The notes: generated by a model from the letters alone, not told the origin. Numbered from the stretch's first letter, positions 16,627 to 25,923 are shown. The stretch: 32,000 nucleotides of DNA from Candidatus Syntropharchaeum caldarium (GCA_001766815.1 LYOS01000008.1:9653-41652); one strand, 5' to 3'. A program made the numbers and translations.

Positions 16627-18228
16627 TCATCCGCTGTACCTGTTTGTTATCGGCATCCTTCTGCCTGAGCCAAACGCAAGCGGCGTAATCTTGATTCCGA
16701 GTGCCATCTGCTGGCGCTTGTACTCATTGTGATCAACGCGAAAGATTATATCAGCAACGATCTCATCATCAAACCCCTGTGAAACGATCTCTTCTCTGCT
16801 TCTCTGTTCCTCAATATATGCCCGAAGTATCGGATCAAGCACACTGTATGGTGGAAGCGAATCAGCATCCTTCTGCCCCTCCCTTAGCTCTGCAGATGGT
16901 TCTTTTGTGATGATACCCTCTGGTATGATTTCACTCTCATTGATTTGGTTGATGTACCTTGCAAGCTCATATACTGTTGTTTTCAGGACATCTGATAACA
17001 CAGCAAGCCCACCTGCCATGTCTCCGTAGAGCGTGCAATATCCCACAGCAAGCTCAGATTTATTCCCGGTTGAGAGGACGAAGTATCCGAATTTGTTCGA
17101 GAGTGCCATCAGGATATTTCCACGAATCCTTGCCTGTATATTCTCTTCTGTAGCATCCACCTCTCTGCCCTTAAATTCCTCTGAAAGCGTCTCAGTATAT
17201 GCATCCACGATCTTTGCGATCGGGATGACCTTGAAATCTATATCAAGGTTACAGGCTAATTTTTCAGCATCATCGATACTCTGTCTTGATGTGATCGCAC
17301 TTGGCATTGAGACGCCAATAACATTACGGGAACCAAGTGCATCCCTGGCAAGCGCGGCTGTGACAGCTGAATCTATCCCACCACTGAGTCCAATTACAAC
17401 CTTGGAAAACCCATTCTTCTGTATATAATCCCTGACTCCAAGTACAAGCGCGCTGTAGATCTCTGAGATGCCCTCTTCCTCTTCTGGAGTTATCACCTCA
17501 TGATCAAGATCTATTACAGGAAGATCCTCCTCGAAAGATTTACATTCTGCTATAAGTTTGCCCTCGCGGTTTACGATAGAACTTCTACCATCAAAGATCA
17601 GATCGTCCTGGCCACCCACAAGATTAAGATATAGCAGCCATACTTCATTCTCCCGTGCCCGCTTTGAGATGAGTTCTCTCCGCACTTTTGTCTTTCCTGT
17701 ATAAAAAGGGGAGGCTGAGATGTTTACAATTAAATCTGCTCCTTTCGCTGCTTGAACCTCATAAGGACCATGCTCAACCCAGATATCCTCACAGATATTC
17801 AATCCAAGTTTGATTTTGCCAAGATCGAAGATCTCAATTTTCGTTGCAGGCTCGAAGTATCGCTTCTCATCAAATACATCACAGCTTGGGAGGTGCATCT
17901 TGTGCTGTATTCCTATAAGTTCTCTCTCCTTGATGAGTGCAGCAGCATTGTAAAGCTTCTTCTTGTCTGCATCAACAAAACCTGTGACAACAGCGATACC
18001 CTCACTCGCCGTGATAATCTGCTTAAGTGCATCTCTGTTATCTTTGATGAATGAGGGCTTAAGAAGCAGATCCTTTGGCGGGTAGCCAGTTATTGCAAGT
18101 TCAGGGAAGACAACAAGATCTGCACCACGTTCTGCTGCCGCTTTGATGAATCGGATGATCTTACTGGTGTTTCCCGATATATCACCCACCGTTGGATTGA
18201 TCTGTCCAAGTGCCACGCGAAAGTCCAT
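16627..18228 (-). CDS. nadE: Glutamine-dependent NAD+ synthetase (CN-hydrolase plus NAD synthetase domains)
   Basis: MDFRVALGQINPTVGD...FPELAITGY is the nitrilase-type domain. GLSGGIDSAV is the PP-loop. ATG 18228 is preferred over the track start at 18291. Confidence 0.93.
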   Translation of the reverse strand: MDFRVALGQINPTVGDISGNTSKIIRFIKAAAERGADLVVFPELAITGYPPKDLLLKPSFIKDNRDALKQIITASEGIAVVTGFVDADKKKLYNAAALIKERELIGIQHKMHLPSCDVFDEKRYFEPATKIEIFDLGKIKLGLNICEDIWVEHGPYEVQAAKGADLIVNISASPFYTGKTKVRRELISKRARENEVWLLYLNLVGGQDDLIFDGRSSIVNREGKLIAECKSFEEDLPVIDLDHEVITPEEEEGISEIYSALVLGVRDYIQKNGFSKVVIGLSGGIDSAVTAALARDALGSRNVIGVSMPSAITSRQSIDDAEKLACNLDIDFKVIPIAKIVDAYTETLSEEFKGREVDATEENIQARIRGNILMALSNKFGYFVLSTGNKSELAVGYCTLYGDMAGGLAVLSDVLKTTVYELARYINQINESEIIPEGIITKEPSAELREGQKDADSLPPYSVLDPILRAYIEEQRSREEIVSQGFDDEIVADIIFRVDHNEYKRQQMALGIKITPLAFGSGRRMPITNRYSG

Positions 18229-18280
18229 CGCTCGTGCCTCAATATACTTTCTACTACTTATCAATGATAAGAATAACCCA

Positions 18281-19051
18281 TCATATACCAATACTCAGGC
18301 GAACAAGAATATCGATCAGATCTCCCCAGATGACAGCAACAACAAACCCAGCCGTAATTGAAATCATTAAGGGGATTCCTGGTGTAACCCATACTTTTTT
18401 TTCTATCTTTCCAGATGCAGCATATTTTTCAAGCTCCCCGATCAGGTCGTCATCGATCTTAACTCCCCCCATTCTGTATCGTTTGCGGACACTTCCATCT
18501 TCCATCTCTTCATACCGATCGAGTAGCCTGAGGTGCCTGGAATCCCTAAGACCCTCAATATCCTTCCTGTATCCAAGAAAAAGCAGAAAGAGTCTATCAG
18601 GCATCTTTCTATCTCTTGCAAGGTCTACAAGGTTGATAAGGAGTACCCACAGAACAGCAATGATAACACTCAGGAACGCACAATTTCCAAGCACACTCAG
18701 TGCAAATATACGATGGATCGGGATGCCTGCAAGTGGCAGATCATATCCAGAGAGTGTGATCGTCGGATACATGGGGACCATCAATCCAATCATGATAAAT
18801 GCCTTCGCATCCGCACCACCAAAGACACCAAGGTAATAGATGAGGTAGATAAAAAGGAAGACCACAGTGATCGAGAGCAGAGATGGTATGAGCGATTGAA
18901 CCCCTCCTTTGAGCACGTCGATGATCAGGAAGGAAATTCCAAGCACGATCATTGGGTACCAGAGCTTATTCGTAACTCGCCGTGTCTTAATGTCTGAATA
19001 ACAGGCATATAAAAGGAACGGGAGACATAGAATAACTCGAATCAGCATCAT
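18281..19051 (-). CDS. A24-family prepilin/preflagellin peptidase (FlaK/EppA-like), polytopic membrane protein
   Basis: The two catalytic Asp contexts are YSDIKTRRVTN and GGADAKAF. The protein has multiple TM segments. Confidence 0.8.
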   Translation of the reverse strand: MMLIRVILCLPFLLYACYSDIKTRRVTNKLWYPMIVLGISFLIIDVLKGGVQSLIPSLLSITVVFLFIYLIYYLGVFGGADAKAFIMIGLMVPMYPTITLSGYDLPLAGIPIHRIFALSVLGNCAFLSVIIAVLWVLLINLVDLARDRKMPDRLFLLFLGYRKDIEGLRDSRHLRLLDRYEEMEDGSVRKRYRMGGVKIDDDLIGELEKYAASGKIEKKVWVTPGIPLMISITAGFVVAVIWGDLIDILVRLSIGI

Positions 19052-19057
19052 GAGAGT

Positions 19058-19981
19058 TTATCGTTTTTTACCCGCCTTCTTGCCACGTTTTGACTTTCTT
19101 TCAAGCTCCTTCTTTGCTTCAACTCGCAGAGCATACCATTTGAGAATGCCTGTATTCAGGAGCCACGTATTCATAAGATCTGCCAGAAGACCGAATATGA
19201 GGACCACCGAGATGTCGCGCAGTATGGGAATCGCTGTATAGGAACTTATGAGATACATCGATGTCGAGACGAGGAATAGAACCGTTATCGCAGATAAGGT
19301 TGTCCCCGTCATTGTAAACCCTGTTTTCATCGCTTTTATAATCTTCTCCTCCAGGCTCCCCTCTCGTTTGAGAAGACGTGTTGTTAAGAGAATGTCTGAG
19401 TCAACCGAGTAACCGATGAGCATGAGGAGAGCTGCAACCGTTCCAAGTGTGAGTTCTATCCCAAATATGTTCATACACGCCACAGCTATTACTATATCTG
19501 AAAATGCAGATAGGATTACGGCAAGTGCAGGTACTGCTGTTCTGAATACGATAAAAACAACCACCGCCATGAGGATGAACGCAATTAACAGTGCCCAGAG
19601 TGCCTGATGCTGCTGTTCACGACTGAACTCTTCACCCATGTCCTCTATCTGGGCATCAGGATAGTTTGAATTAATATAAGCTAAAAGCCTGTCTTTAGTA
19701 TCTTCATCCATTGGACCGAATTGAACCATCTTGCGCCCTGAACTCGTGCGCACGTCGATCAGATTGTAGTCTGCAAACGCTACCTCAAGTTCTGCATCTG
19801 ACTCATCGGTTGTCAGGTATGCGACCGTTCCACCTTTGAACGCAACGCCCATGGCTACGGGTTCGCCTGTTCGCAGGTAAGAAAAACCAAGTATCGAGAG
19901 TGCAATGAGTAAAATAATGATCGGTATTATAATCATTTTCTTTGGGGGTAATCGCGCATACACCTCAAGATCTATAGACAT
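19058..19981 (-). CDS. secF: Protein-export membrane protein SecF
   Basis: 307 aa. It has an N-terminal TM segment and a periplasmic loop. The SecDF-type 5-TM core follows (FRTAVPALAVILSAFSDIVIAVACMNIFGIELTLGTVAALLMLIGYSVDSDILL). Confidence 0.85.
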   Translation of the reverse strand: MSIDLEVYARLPPKKMIIIPIIILLIALSILGFSYLRTGEPVAMGVAFKGGTVAYLTTDESDAELEVAFADYNLIDVRTSSGRKMVQFGPMDEDTKDRLLAYINSNYPDAQIEDMGEEFSREQQHQALWALLIAFILMAVVVFIVFRTAVPALAVILSAFSDIVIAVACMNIFGIELTLGTVAALLMLIGYSVDSDILLTTRLLKREGSLEEKIIKAMKTGFTMTGTTLSAITVLFLVSTSMYLISSYTAIPILRDISVVLIFGLLADLMNTWLLNTGILKWYALRVEAKKELERKSKRGKKAGKKR

Positions 19982-20070
19982 TTTAACATCTCCCTGCTCT
20001 TACGACTCTAATTGCTTTATAGATAAAGAATCTGAATTGTAGATAAGTGTTTTGCAGATCTGGCGATAAA

Positions 20071-20079
20071 CTATATAAA
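20071..20079 (+). promoter_or_regulatory. Candidate TATA box for the rpl7ae operon
   Basis: CTATATAAA lies ~90 nt upstream of the rpl7ae ATG. It would give a ~55-60 nt leader. Confidence 0.3.
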
Positions 20080-20104
20080 CTCATGCAAACTAAAATGTCT
20101 CGCC

Positions 20105-20160
20105 CAATGATTGATGAAGGATTTATCGTTCTTGGGTAAGTCCTGAAGGAGGAATGATTA
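20105..20160 (+). promoter_or_regulatory. Candidate K-turn (box C/D-like) element in the rpl7ae 5' leader, adjacent to the Shine-Dalgarno
   Basis: TGATGA is at 20112-20117 and CTGA at 20143-20146. They are bracketed by a 4-bp helix, AGGA (20118-21) with TCCT (20141-44). GGAGG (20148-52) and the ATG at 20161 follow. Confidence 0.35.
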
Positions 20161-20529
20161 ATGGCAAAACCACTATTCGATATTGATTTACCAGCAGAGC
20201 TTGAAACCAAAGCGATGGAGCTTTTAGAGGTTGCAAGAGATACGGGAAAGATTAAGAAAGGGGCAAATGAGGTTACAAAGGTTGTTGAACGATCTGCAGC
20301 CAAGTTTGTAATGGTGAGCGAGGACACAGATCCTATCGAGATCGTTGCACATATACCACTGCTCTGTAACGAGAAGAATATCACGTGCATACCTGTAAAG
20401 AAGAAGAAAGAACTTGGAGCGGCGTGCGGTCTTCACGTGGGAACAACAGCGGTTGCAATCATTAACCCAGGCAAAGCAGATGGCGTTCTAAAAGAACTTG
20501 TGGACGCAATAAAAGAACTCAACGGATAG
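20161..20529 (+). CDS. rpl7ae: Ribosomal protein L7Ae (K-turn binding)
   Basis: 122 aa. ...KIKKGANEVTKVVERSAAKFVMVSEDTDP.EIVAHIPLLC is canonical L7Ae. Confidence 0.96.
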   Translation: MAKPLFDIDLPAELETKAMELLEVARDTGKIKKGANEVTKVVERSAAKFVMVSEDTDPIEIVAHIPLLCNEKNITCIPVKKKKELGAACGLHVGTTAVAIINPGKADGVLKELVDAIKELNG

Positions 20530-20538
20530 GGATCGAAG

Positions 20539-20751
20539 ATGGCTGACGAAGATGGAGTTCCAGCAGAGGTTGTGGAGATCATCGGTAGAACAGGGATGCA
20601 TGGTGAGGCGACGCAGGTAAAATGTCGTGTTCTTGAAGGGAGCAACAAAGGACGGGTGATTACCAGAAACTGTCTTGGACCTGTAAGGAAAGGCGATATA
20701 CTTCAACTTCTTGAGACTGCGAGGGAAGCGAAGAAATTGATGACTCGATAA
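20539..20751 (+). CDS. rps28e: Ribosomal protein S28e
   Basis: 70 aa. [27 protein letters not shown]...RVITRN matches the family. Confidence 0.95.
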   Translation: MADEDGVPAEVVEIIGRTGMHGEATQVKCRVLEGSNKGRVITRNCLGPVRKGDILQLLETAREAKKLMTR

Positions 20752-20772
20752 GTCTCTCAAGGGGGTTTTAGG

Positions 20773-20955
20773 ATGGAAACCAAAAGATGTTCATTTTGTG
20801 GCAGTGAAATAGGTTATGGAAAAGGCTCAATCTTTGTAAAGGTTGATGGCACCATTCTGAACTTCTGTTCATCCAAGTGCAGGAACAACCACAATCTTGG
20901 GCGGATTCCACGGCGTGTTAGATGGACAGAGACATGGATTGAGAAGAACAGGTGA
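20773..20955 (+). CDS. rpl24e: Ribosomal protein L24e
   Basis: 60 aa. The zinc-ribbon CSFCG...FCSSKC and a basic tail match the family. Confidence 0.95.
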   Translation: METKRCSFCGSEIGYGKGSIFVKVDGTILNFCSSKCRNNHNLGRIPRRVRWTETWIEKNR

Positions 20956-20959
20956 GATT

Positions 20960-21418
20960 ATGGTATTTGAACAGACATTTATCATGATAAAACCAGATGG
21001 TGTCCAGCGAGGTTTCATTGGCAAGATCCTCAGCCGATTTGAGGAGAAAGGATTAAAATTTCTTGCCATGAAACTTATCACCATCGATGATGAAACTGCC
21101 AGGCGGCACTATGAGGAACATCTTGGAAAACCCTTCTATGATGGTCTTGTTGAGTATATCACATCAGGACCCGTTCTTGTTGCGGTTCTTGCAGGTGATG
21201 AGGCGATTTCAATTGTAAGAAAGCTCGTTGGCGCGACCGATCCAAAGGATGCACTCTGTGGTACGATACGAGGCGATTTAGCCATTGATATTGGTCGAAA
21301 TGTGATACATGCATCCGATTCGCCCGCATCTGCCACTCGTGAGATAGAACTTTATTTTGATGAGGCCGAAATTCTGAGATACAGCAGAATAGATGAAGAA
21401 TGGCTATATGAGGCGTGA
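20960..21418 (+). CDS. ndk: Nucleoside diphosphate kinase
   Basis: MVFEQTFIMIKPDGVQRG and the active-site NVIHASDS are present. ATG 20960 is preferred over the track start at 20897, which overlaps rpl24e. Confidence 0.95.
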   Translation: MVFEQTFIMIKPDGVQRGFIGKILSRFEEKGLKFLAMKLITIDDETARRHYEEHLGKPFYDGLVEYITSGPVLVAVLAGDEAISIVRKLVGATDPKDALCGTIRGDLAIDIGRNVIHASDSPASATREIELYFDEAEILRYSRIDEEWLYEA

Positions 21419-21420
21419 AT

Positions 21421-21852
21421 ATGGCAGAAGAAACCGAAACAAGGCTTGTAATGATCTCATCCGACTCTACAATCACACCCGAGCAGATAAAAAAGCTTCT
21501 TTCTGAGATGAACCTCGGGATTACGATAAAAGATACCTGCTTTGGCGCTCTTATCGAAGGTGCAAAGCACGAGGTTGACGAGGCGATCGAGGCGATCAGA
21601 AAGCTTGATAAACACGGTATATTCACGAAGGTCAGGGGATTTCCGGTCGGAGATCCAAGGGTATGCAGAGCAACAAGAAGTGGGGGAGCAAGACCTGGAT
21701 TTCATCAGCTTGAAGCAGAGTACAGATTGCTTCCAATGATACGGCACGCGCTTGACGAACTCGACGAATCGAAAGGAAGTATTTCCTGGAAGAAGAAGGA
21801 GAAGTTTCCAGCAGATAAGCTGAATGAGATGATAAGCTCCGTTGAGCTTTGA
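21421..21852 (+). CDS. Small conserved archaeal protein, possibly 'methanogenesis marker protein 6' (DUF2102-like)
   Basis: ~143 aa. ...KVRGFPVGDPRVCRATRSGGARPGFHQLEAEYRLLP resembles my recollection of that family, which I could not verify. ATG 21421 lies 2 nt after the ndk stop. The track start at 21415 is a GTG. Confidence 0.4.
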   Translation: MAEETETRLVMISSDSTITPEQIKKLLSEMNLGITIKDTCFGALIEGAKHEVDEAIEAIRKLDKHGIFTKVRGFPVGDPRVCRATRSGGARPGFHQLEAEYRLLPMIRHALDELDESKGSISWKKKEKFPADKLNEMISSVEL

Positions 21853-21862
21853 GGTATAGGAT

Positions 21863-22315
21863 GTGAAGGTCGCACTGGGTGGCACATTCGAACCGCTACA
21901 TGATGGGCACAAAGCACTTCTTAAGAAGGTTGTTGAGCTTAGTGGAAATGATGAGATCGTAATCGGGATCACATCAGATGACATGGCACGTGAGCGCTAC
22001 AGAACAGTCCTGTCCTACACCGTTCGATCTGAGAATATCAAGCAGTATATGTTGCGAGAGTATGGTCGTGAGGTTCGCACTGTCGAGCTTTCTGATAAAT
22101 TTGGGATCACACTCGACGAGGAGATCGACTGTATCGTGGTATCACCTGAGACCGCAAAGGTGGCAGAAGAGATCAACAAGCTTCGTTGTGCGCGGGGATG
22201 CAAAAAGATGAAGATCGTCGTTATCGATCATGTACGGGCAGAGGATGGTGGTATCATCTCATCGACCCGCATAAAGAAGGGGGAGATTGATAAACACGGG
22301 AGACTTCTTGAATGA
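21863..22315 (+). CDS. coaD: Phosphopantetheine adenylyltransferase, archaeal type (cytidylyltransferase fold)
   Basis: The start MKVALGGTFEPLHDGHKALL carries the nucleotidyltransferase (T/H)xGH motif, and ISSTRI lies near the C-terminus. It uses a GTG start with GAGGT 7 nt upstream. Confidence 0.8.
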   Translation: MKVALGGTFEPLHDGHKALLKKVVELSGNDEIVIGITSDDMARERYRTVLSYTVRSENIKQYMLREYGREVRTVELSDKFGITLDEEIDCIVVSPETAKVAEEINKLRCARGCKKMKIVVIDHVRAEDGGIISSTRIKKGEIDKHGRLLE

Positions 22316-23241
22316 GTACACCCATTGTCGATCCGATGAAGATACGCTCAAAGATGCGTGTCGATGAGATCGTAAATGAATTTAACCATGCAGGCGTCTT
22401 TAATGCAGGCAGAATTGCTGATGCTGTTACAATTTTTGATGAGATGTTAAAATCTGATGCCTGCAAGTTTCTGGGGCTTTCTGGTGCGCTTGTTCCTGCA
22501 GGACTCGGGTGTATGATCGCTAATATGATAACAGATGGGCTTGTCGATGTTCTTGTCACAACAGGCGCAAATATAGTACATGATGTGATAAACGCACTTG
22601 GCCAAGGGCATAAAAAAGGATCAATCCACGCTGATGACACGAGGCTCAGAGAAGAGGGCATTTCTCGCATATATGATGTCTATCTGGAGTGTGAGGCATT
22701 CATGGCATTTGAGAGATTTGTACATCAGTTCTTTGATACGCTCGATGATGGCAGGTATCCAGTATCGAGGCTCTTGTGGCTGCTTGGTGAGCATGTGGCA
22801 CCTGGCTCTGGTTCGATTTTGAGGGCTGCTTATGAGTCCGATGTTCCTGTATTCATGCCCGCGTTTTCTGATTCAATGCTTGGGTTACATGCATGGATCT
22901 GCACACAGGAGAGGGATATTCTGATCGATTCAGTTGCAGATATTGGTAAAATCGTCACGCTCACATCAGATAACAGATCACATGGTGCACTGATTCTTGG
23001 TGGTGGCGTTCCGAAGAACTTTATTCTGCAGTCGATGTTGATCTCTCCTTCCGGGGGTTTTGATTATGGAATTCAGATCACGATGGACAGGCCGGAGACC
23101 GGGGGCTTATCTGGTGCAACACTCGATGAGGCAAAGTCATGGGCAAAGATGAGAGAAGGTGCAAAGACAGTCACGGTTTACTCGGACGTAACGATCGCAC
23201 TCCCGATCATTCTTGCAGCGGTCTATTCCTTACAGGGGTGA
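22312..23241 (+). CDS. dys: Deoxyhypusine synthase
   Basis: 309 aa. TTGANIVHD and GGGVPKNF are the family motifs. The ATG overlaps the coaD stop (ATGA). Confidence 0.9.
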   Translation: MSTPIVDPMKIRSKMRVDEIVNEFNHAGVFNAGRIADAVTIFDEMLKSDACKFLGLSGALVPAGLGCMIANMITDGLVDVLVTTGANIVHDVINALGQGHKKGSIHADDTRLREEGISRIYDVYLECEAFMAFERFVHQFFDTLDDGRYPVSRLLWLLGEHVAPGSGSILRAAYESDVPVFMPAFSDSMLGLHAWICTQERDILIDSVADIGKIVTLTSDNRSHGALILGGGVPKNFILQSMLISPSGGFDYGIQITMDRPETGGLSGATLDEAKSWAKMREGAKTVTVYSDVTIALPIILAAVYSLQG

Positions 23242-23304
23242 GCCATCCAATCCAAAAGATTAATATCCTGCAATGATGAAAAGGTCATGCAGGTGGTATA
23301 ACAT

Positions 23305-23379
23305 GGGCCCGTAGCTTAGTCTGGTCAGAGCGCTCGGCTCATAACCGAGCGGTCATGCGTTCAAATCGCATCGGGCCCA
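23305..23379 (+). tRNA. tRNA with CAU anticodon (elongator Met or, more likely, tRNA-Ile2)
   Basis: The sequence is GGGCCCGTAGCTTAGTCTGGTCAGAGCGCTCGGCTCATAACCGAGCGGTCATGCGTTCAAATCGCATCGGGCCCA. The loop is CTCATAA. It is not an initiator: it has G1-C72 and lacks the GGG/CCC anticodon stem. The GGGCCCG acceptor stem resembles archaeal tRNA-Ile. Confidence 0.9.
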
Positions 23380-24053
23380 TCAATTCCACACCTCTTTGAA
23401 GCCCGTGCGATAAAATACATCTTCTCAGATTCAATAAAGATCTTCTCAAATTTAGCCGTAACAAGCCCCTCTCTTATTTCGTCTTTGTTGTACATCATAT
23501 TCCAACCATCAGAATTTATAAAAGCCTCCTCCAAAGGGTGCTTCTTGAGAACACGCATCTTTGAACCTTCATCGTTCATGTGTTCACTCTCCCTGTCACT
23601 ATCTATAAGAATGAATTCACCTCCATCGTTCAATACCCTGTAGATCTCGGCAAGAATACGTTCCAGACTTTTCAGATATCGTATCGCATTGATACACAGA
23701 ATAAGGTCAAATGTCAGATCCCTGAACGGGATCGATTCCATATCTCCAATTAAAAACTCCATTGTATCGTACCCCTCGGATGCTGCAGATCGCTTTGCAA
23801 CCTTCACCATCTCATCTGCAATATCAACGCCCACAATTCTCACGTCATCGAACCGCGATCTTATCTCAAACCCCGTGATGCCACTTCCACATCCAAGATC
23901 GAGTATGCATGCATTATTTTTAAGGTGCAGTCCATTCACAATTCGCTCACGTATCGAGGAGATTACAGGGTGCCTCCTGATCGCATCCTCATAACTTTCA
24001 GCCCTCTCTGAGTAGAATGCGCTTACAAGTGTCTTTCGGTGAAACTCTTGCAT
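23361..24053 (-). CDS. Class I SAM-dependent methyltransferase
   Basis: It has motif I ILDLGCGSGI and the typical post-I/II spacing (VGVDIADEM...). Length is 230 aa. The last 19 nt overlap the 3' end of the tRNA on the opposite strand. Confidence 0.8.
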   Translation of the reverse strand: MQEFHRKTLVSAFYSERAESYEDAIRRHPVISSIRERIVNGLHLKNNACILDLGCGSGITGFEIRSRFDDVRIVGVDIADEMVKVAKRSAASEGYDTMEFLIGDMESIPFRDLTFDLILCINAIRYLKSLERILAEIYRVLNDGGEFILIDSDRESEHMNDEGSKMRVLKKHPLEEAFINSDGWNMMYNKDEIREGLVTAKFEKIFIESEKMYFIARASKRCGIDGPDAI

Positions 24054-24125
24054 AATCCAAAGAGGAGTTTTTACTTTAAAAATCGATATGTATTTAACCC
24101 GCTTGGATAAGATTAAACCTGAAGA

Positions 24126-24416
24126 ATGTATCTAAAGATCCACGAAGTTGATGGCAAAAAAGTCGTTGCTGTCTGTGACCGTGCACTCCTCGGCAGATCA
24201 TTTGAGGATGGCGAGATATCGGTGGAGATCACAGAACGGTTCTACAAAGGAGAGATCGCATCCAGATCCGAGGTCATCTCGGTGCTGCAGGATGCAGAAA
24301 ACGTCAACCTCTTTGGGGATATGGCTGTGGGGTGTGCGATCGAGTCAGGACTTATTGACGAAGAGGGAATCATCAGGATCGCTGGTATACCGCATGCACA
24401 GATTTTTGTAATTTAA
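24126..24416 (+). CDS. DUF424-family small archaeal protein
   Basis: 96 aa. MYLKIHEVDGKKVVAVCDRALLGRSFEDGEISVEITERFYKGE fits my recollection of DUF424. Confidence 0.6.
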   Translation: MYLKIHEVDGKKVVAVCDRALLGRSFEDGEISVEITERFYKGEIASRSEVISVLQDAENVNLFGDMAVGCAIESGLIDEEGIIRIAGIPHAQIFVI

Positions 24417-24429
24417 GCGCTTTTCCATC

Positions 24430-25740
24430 CTACGGCGATACACGTTTCATATCTCTCGGGAAGAGCACAACCTCACGTATGTTATCAATATCGAGCATCG
24501 TCATCAGCACCCGTTCAAGCCCCAGCCCCCATCCCGCGTGTGGTGGCATACCGAACCTGAAGGCGCGAAGGTAAAACTCAAAACTATCTGGATTCAGCCC
24601 CATTGCATCGATTTTAGACGTTAAAAGTTCAACCTCATGGATACGCTTTGAGCCAGACGCAAGTTCCATCTTGGGGTGCATCAGATCAAAACTTAACGAG
24701 ATCTCCGGGTCGGTGGTTGATGGCATTGTGTAGTATGGTTTTGATGCCGTTGGCCAGTCTGTTATGAAGTAGTGTTCACCAATAATTCTTCCGAGTTCAT
24801 GTTCACAGGCGCTCGAGAGGTCGTCACCCCATTCCAGATCAGCAAATTCAGGGTTATCGGTGCTTTTGATGAGGTCGATCGCATCTGTGTAGGTGATCCG
24901 TCTGAACGGTGTTTCTGGTACTTCTATCTGGAGATTAAGATCTTTTAAAGCCTTTTCACATTCATTCCTGACCGATGCATAGATTCTTGCAAGGAGATCC
25001 TCGAGCAGCCGCATCACGTCCTCATGATCCATAAAAGATGCCTCTATATCGATTGAGGTTGCCTCATTAAGGTGACGGCTTGTATCGTGCTCCTCTGCAC
25101 GGAATATCGGTGCAATCTCCCAGACGCGGTCAAACCCTGCTGCCATCATGATCTGTTTGAAAAGTTGCGGGCTCTGGCTCAGGAACGCTTCTCTGTCAAA
25201 GTAAGTTATTGGAAAAAGTGCGGTTCCACCCTCTGTTGCAGTTGCAACAATCTTCGGTGTGTTTATCTCAAGAAACCCATGCTCATCAAGGAACTTTCGG
25301 ATGGTAACAAGTACGTGATTTCTTATCTTAAATATTGCGAGGACTTCAGGTTTTCTGAGGTCCATAAACCGGGAATCGAGCCTTGTATCAAGTTCAGCAC
25401 CAACTTTTCCCGTTGTATCGAGTGGAAGGGGCGAGTTAGCCTGATTCAATATCTCAATCTCCTCTGGCAGTATCTCGTAGCCGTTTGGTGCCCTTGCATC
25501 CTCCTGGACGGTCCCTGTAACCCTGATCACACTCTCCCTTGGGACTCGCTTCACAACTTCGAGTATCTCAGGATCAATTCTCTTCTTCGGGAGCGTTATC
25601 TGGGCAAACCCCTCTCTATCTCTGAGTACCAGAAACACAATTCCGCCAAGATCTCTTATCTCATGGACCCAGCCCATAAGCGTTTTTTTTGTACCAGCCA
25701 TCGATGGATTGATATCGCATGTATATACTCGTTCCTGCAT
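24430..25740 (-). CDS. aspS: Aspartyl-tRNA synthetase (archaeal type)
   Basis: [10 protein letters not shown]...[28 protein letters not shown] is the OB anticodon-binding domain. The class II motifs are [14 protein letters not shown] and [15 protein letters not shown]. The true start is ATG 25740 (436 aa). The 540-aa track ORF is extended by unrelated gene debris. Confidence 0.93.
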   Translation of the reverse strand: MQERVYTCDINPSMAGTKKTLMGWVHEIRDLGGIVFLVLRDREGFAQITLPKKRIDPEILEVVKRVPRESVIRVTGTVQEDARAPNGYEILPEEIEILNQANSPLPLDTTGKVGAELDTRLDSRFMDLRKPEVLAIFKIRNHVLVTIRKFLDEHGFLEINTPKIVATATEGGTALFPITYFDREAFLSQSPQLFKQIMMAAGFDRVWEIAPIFRAEEHDTSRHLNEATSIDIEASFMDHEDVMRLLEDLLARIYASVRNECEKALKDLNLQIEVPETPFRRITYTDAIDLIKSTDNPEFADLEWGDDLSSACEHELGRIIGEHYFITDWPTASKPYYTMPSTTDPEISLSFDLMHPKMELASGSKRIHEVELLTSKIDAMGLNPDSFEFYLRAFRFGMPPHAGWGLGLERVLMTMLDIDNIREVVLFPRDMKRVSP

Positions 25741-25776
25741 AATATTCAAAATAGTTTCAGGGATACTTTTAAGTCT

Positions 25777-25917
25777 TCTTATTGTCACTGGCTCTCCGCT
25801 CAAACCTCTTCCACTCCAAAAACCTTTTTTCGCGTCAGGTGTATCGAACGTCACAGTCAATGTTCCATTCGAGACGATCGCTATCAGAGGTGCAAGCTCA
25901 ACCGGACCTTTGACTGT
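25777..25917 (-). pseudogene. Fragment of a paralogue of the PGF-CTERM surface protein (last Ig-like domain only)
   Basis: [32 protein letters not shown] aligns with [32 protein letters not shown] of the 799-aa protein (nt 28250-28345). A hand alignment gives ~65/96 nt identical. Confidence 0.6.
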
Positions 25918-25923
25918 GAACAT

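Noticed and set aside
19982-20160. secD expected next to secF; also the 135-aa minus ORF 19983..20390
   Set aside because: No SecD-like ORF flanks secF on either side, so secD must be elsewhere. The 135-aa ORF is antisense to rpl7ae and its leader.
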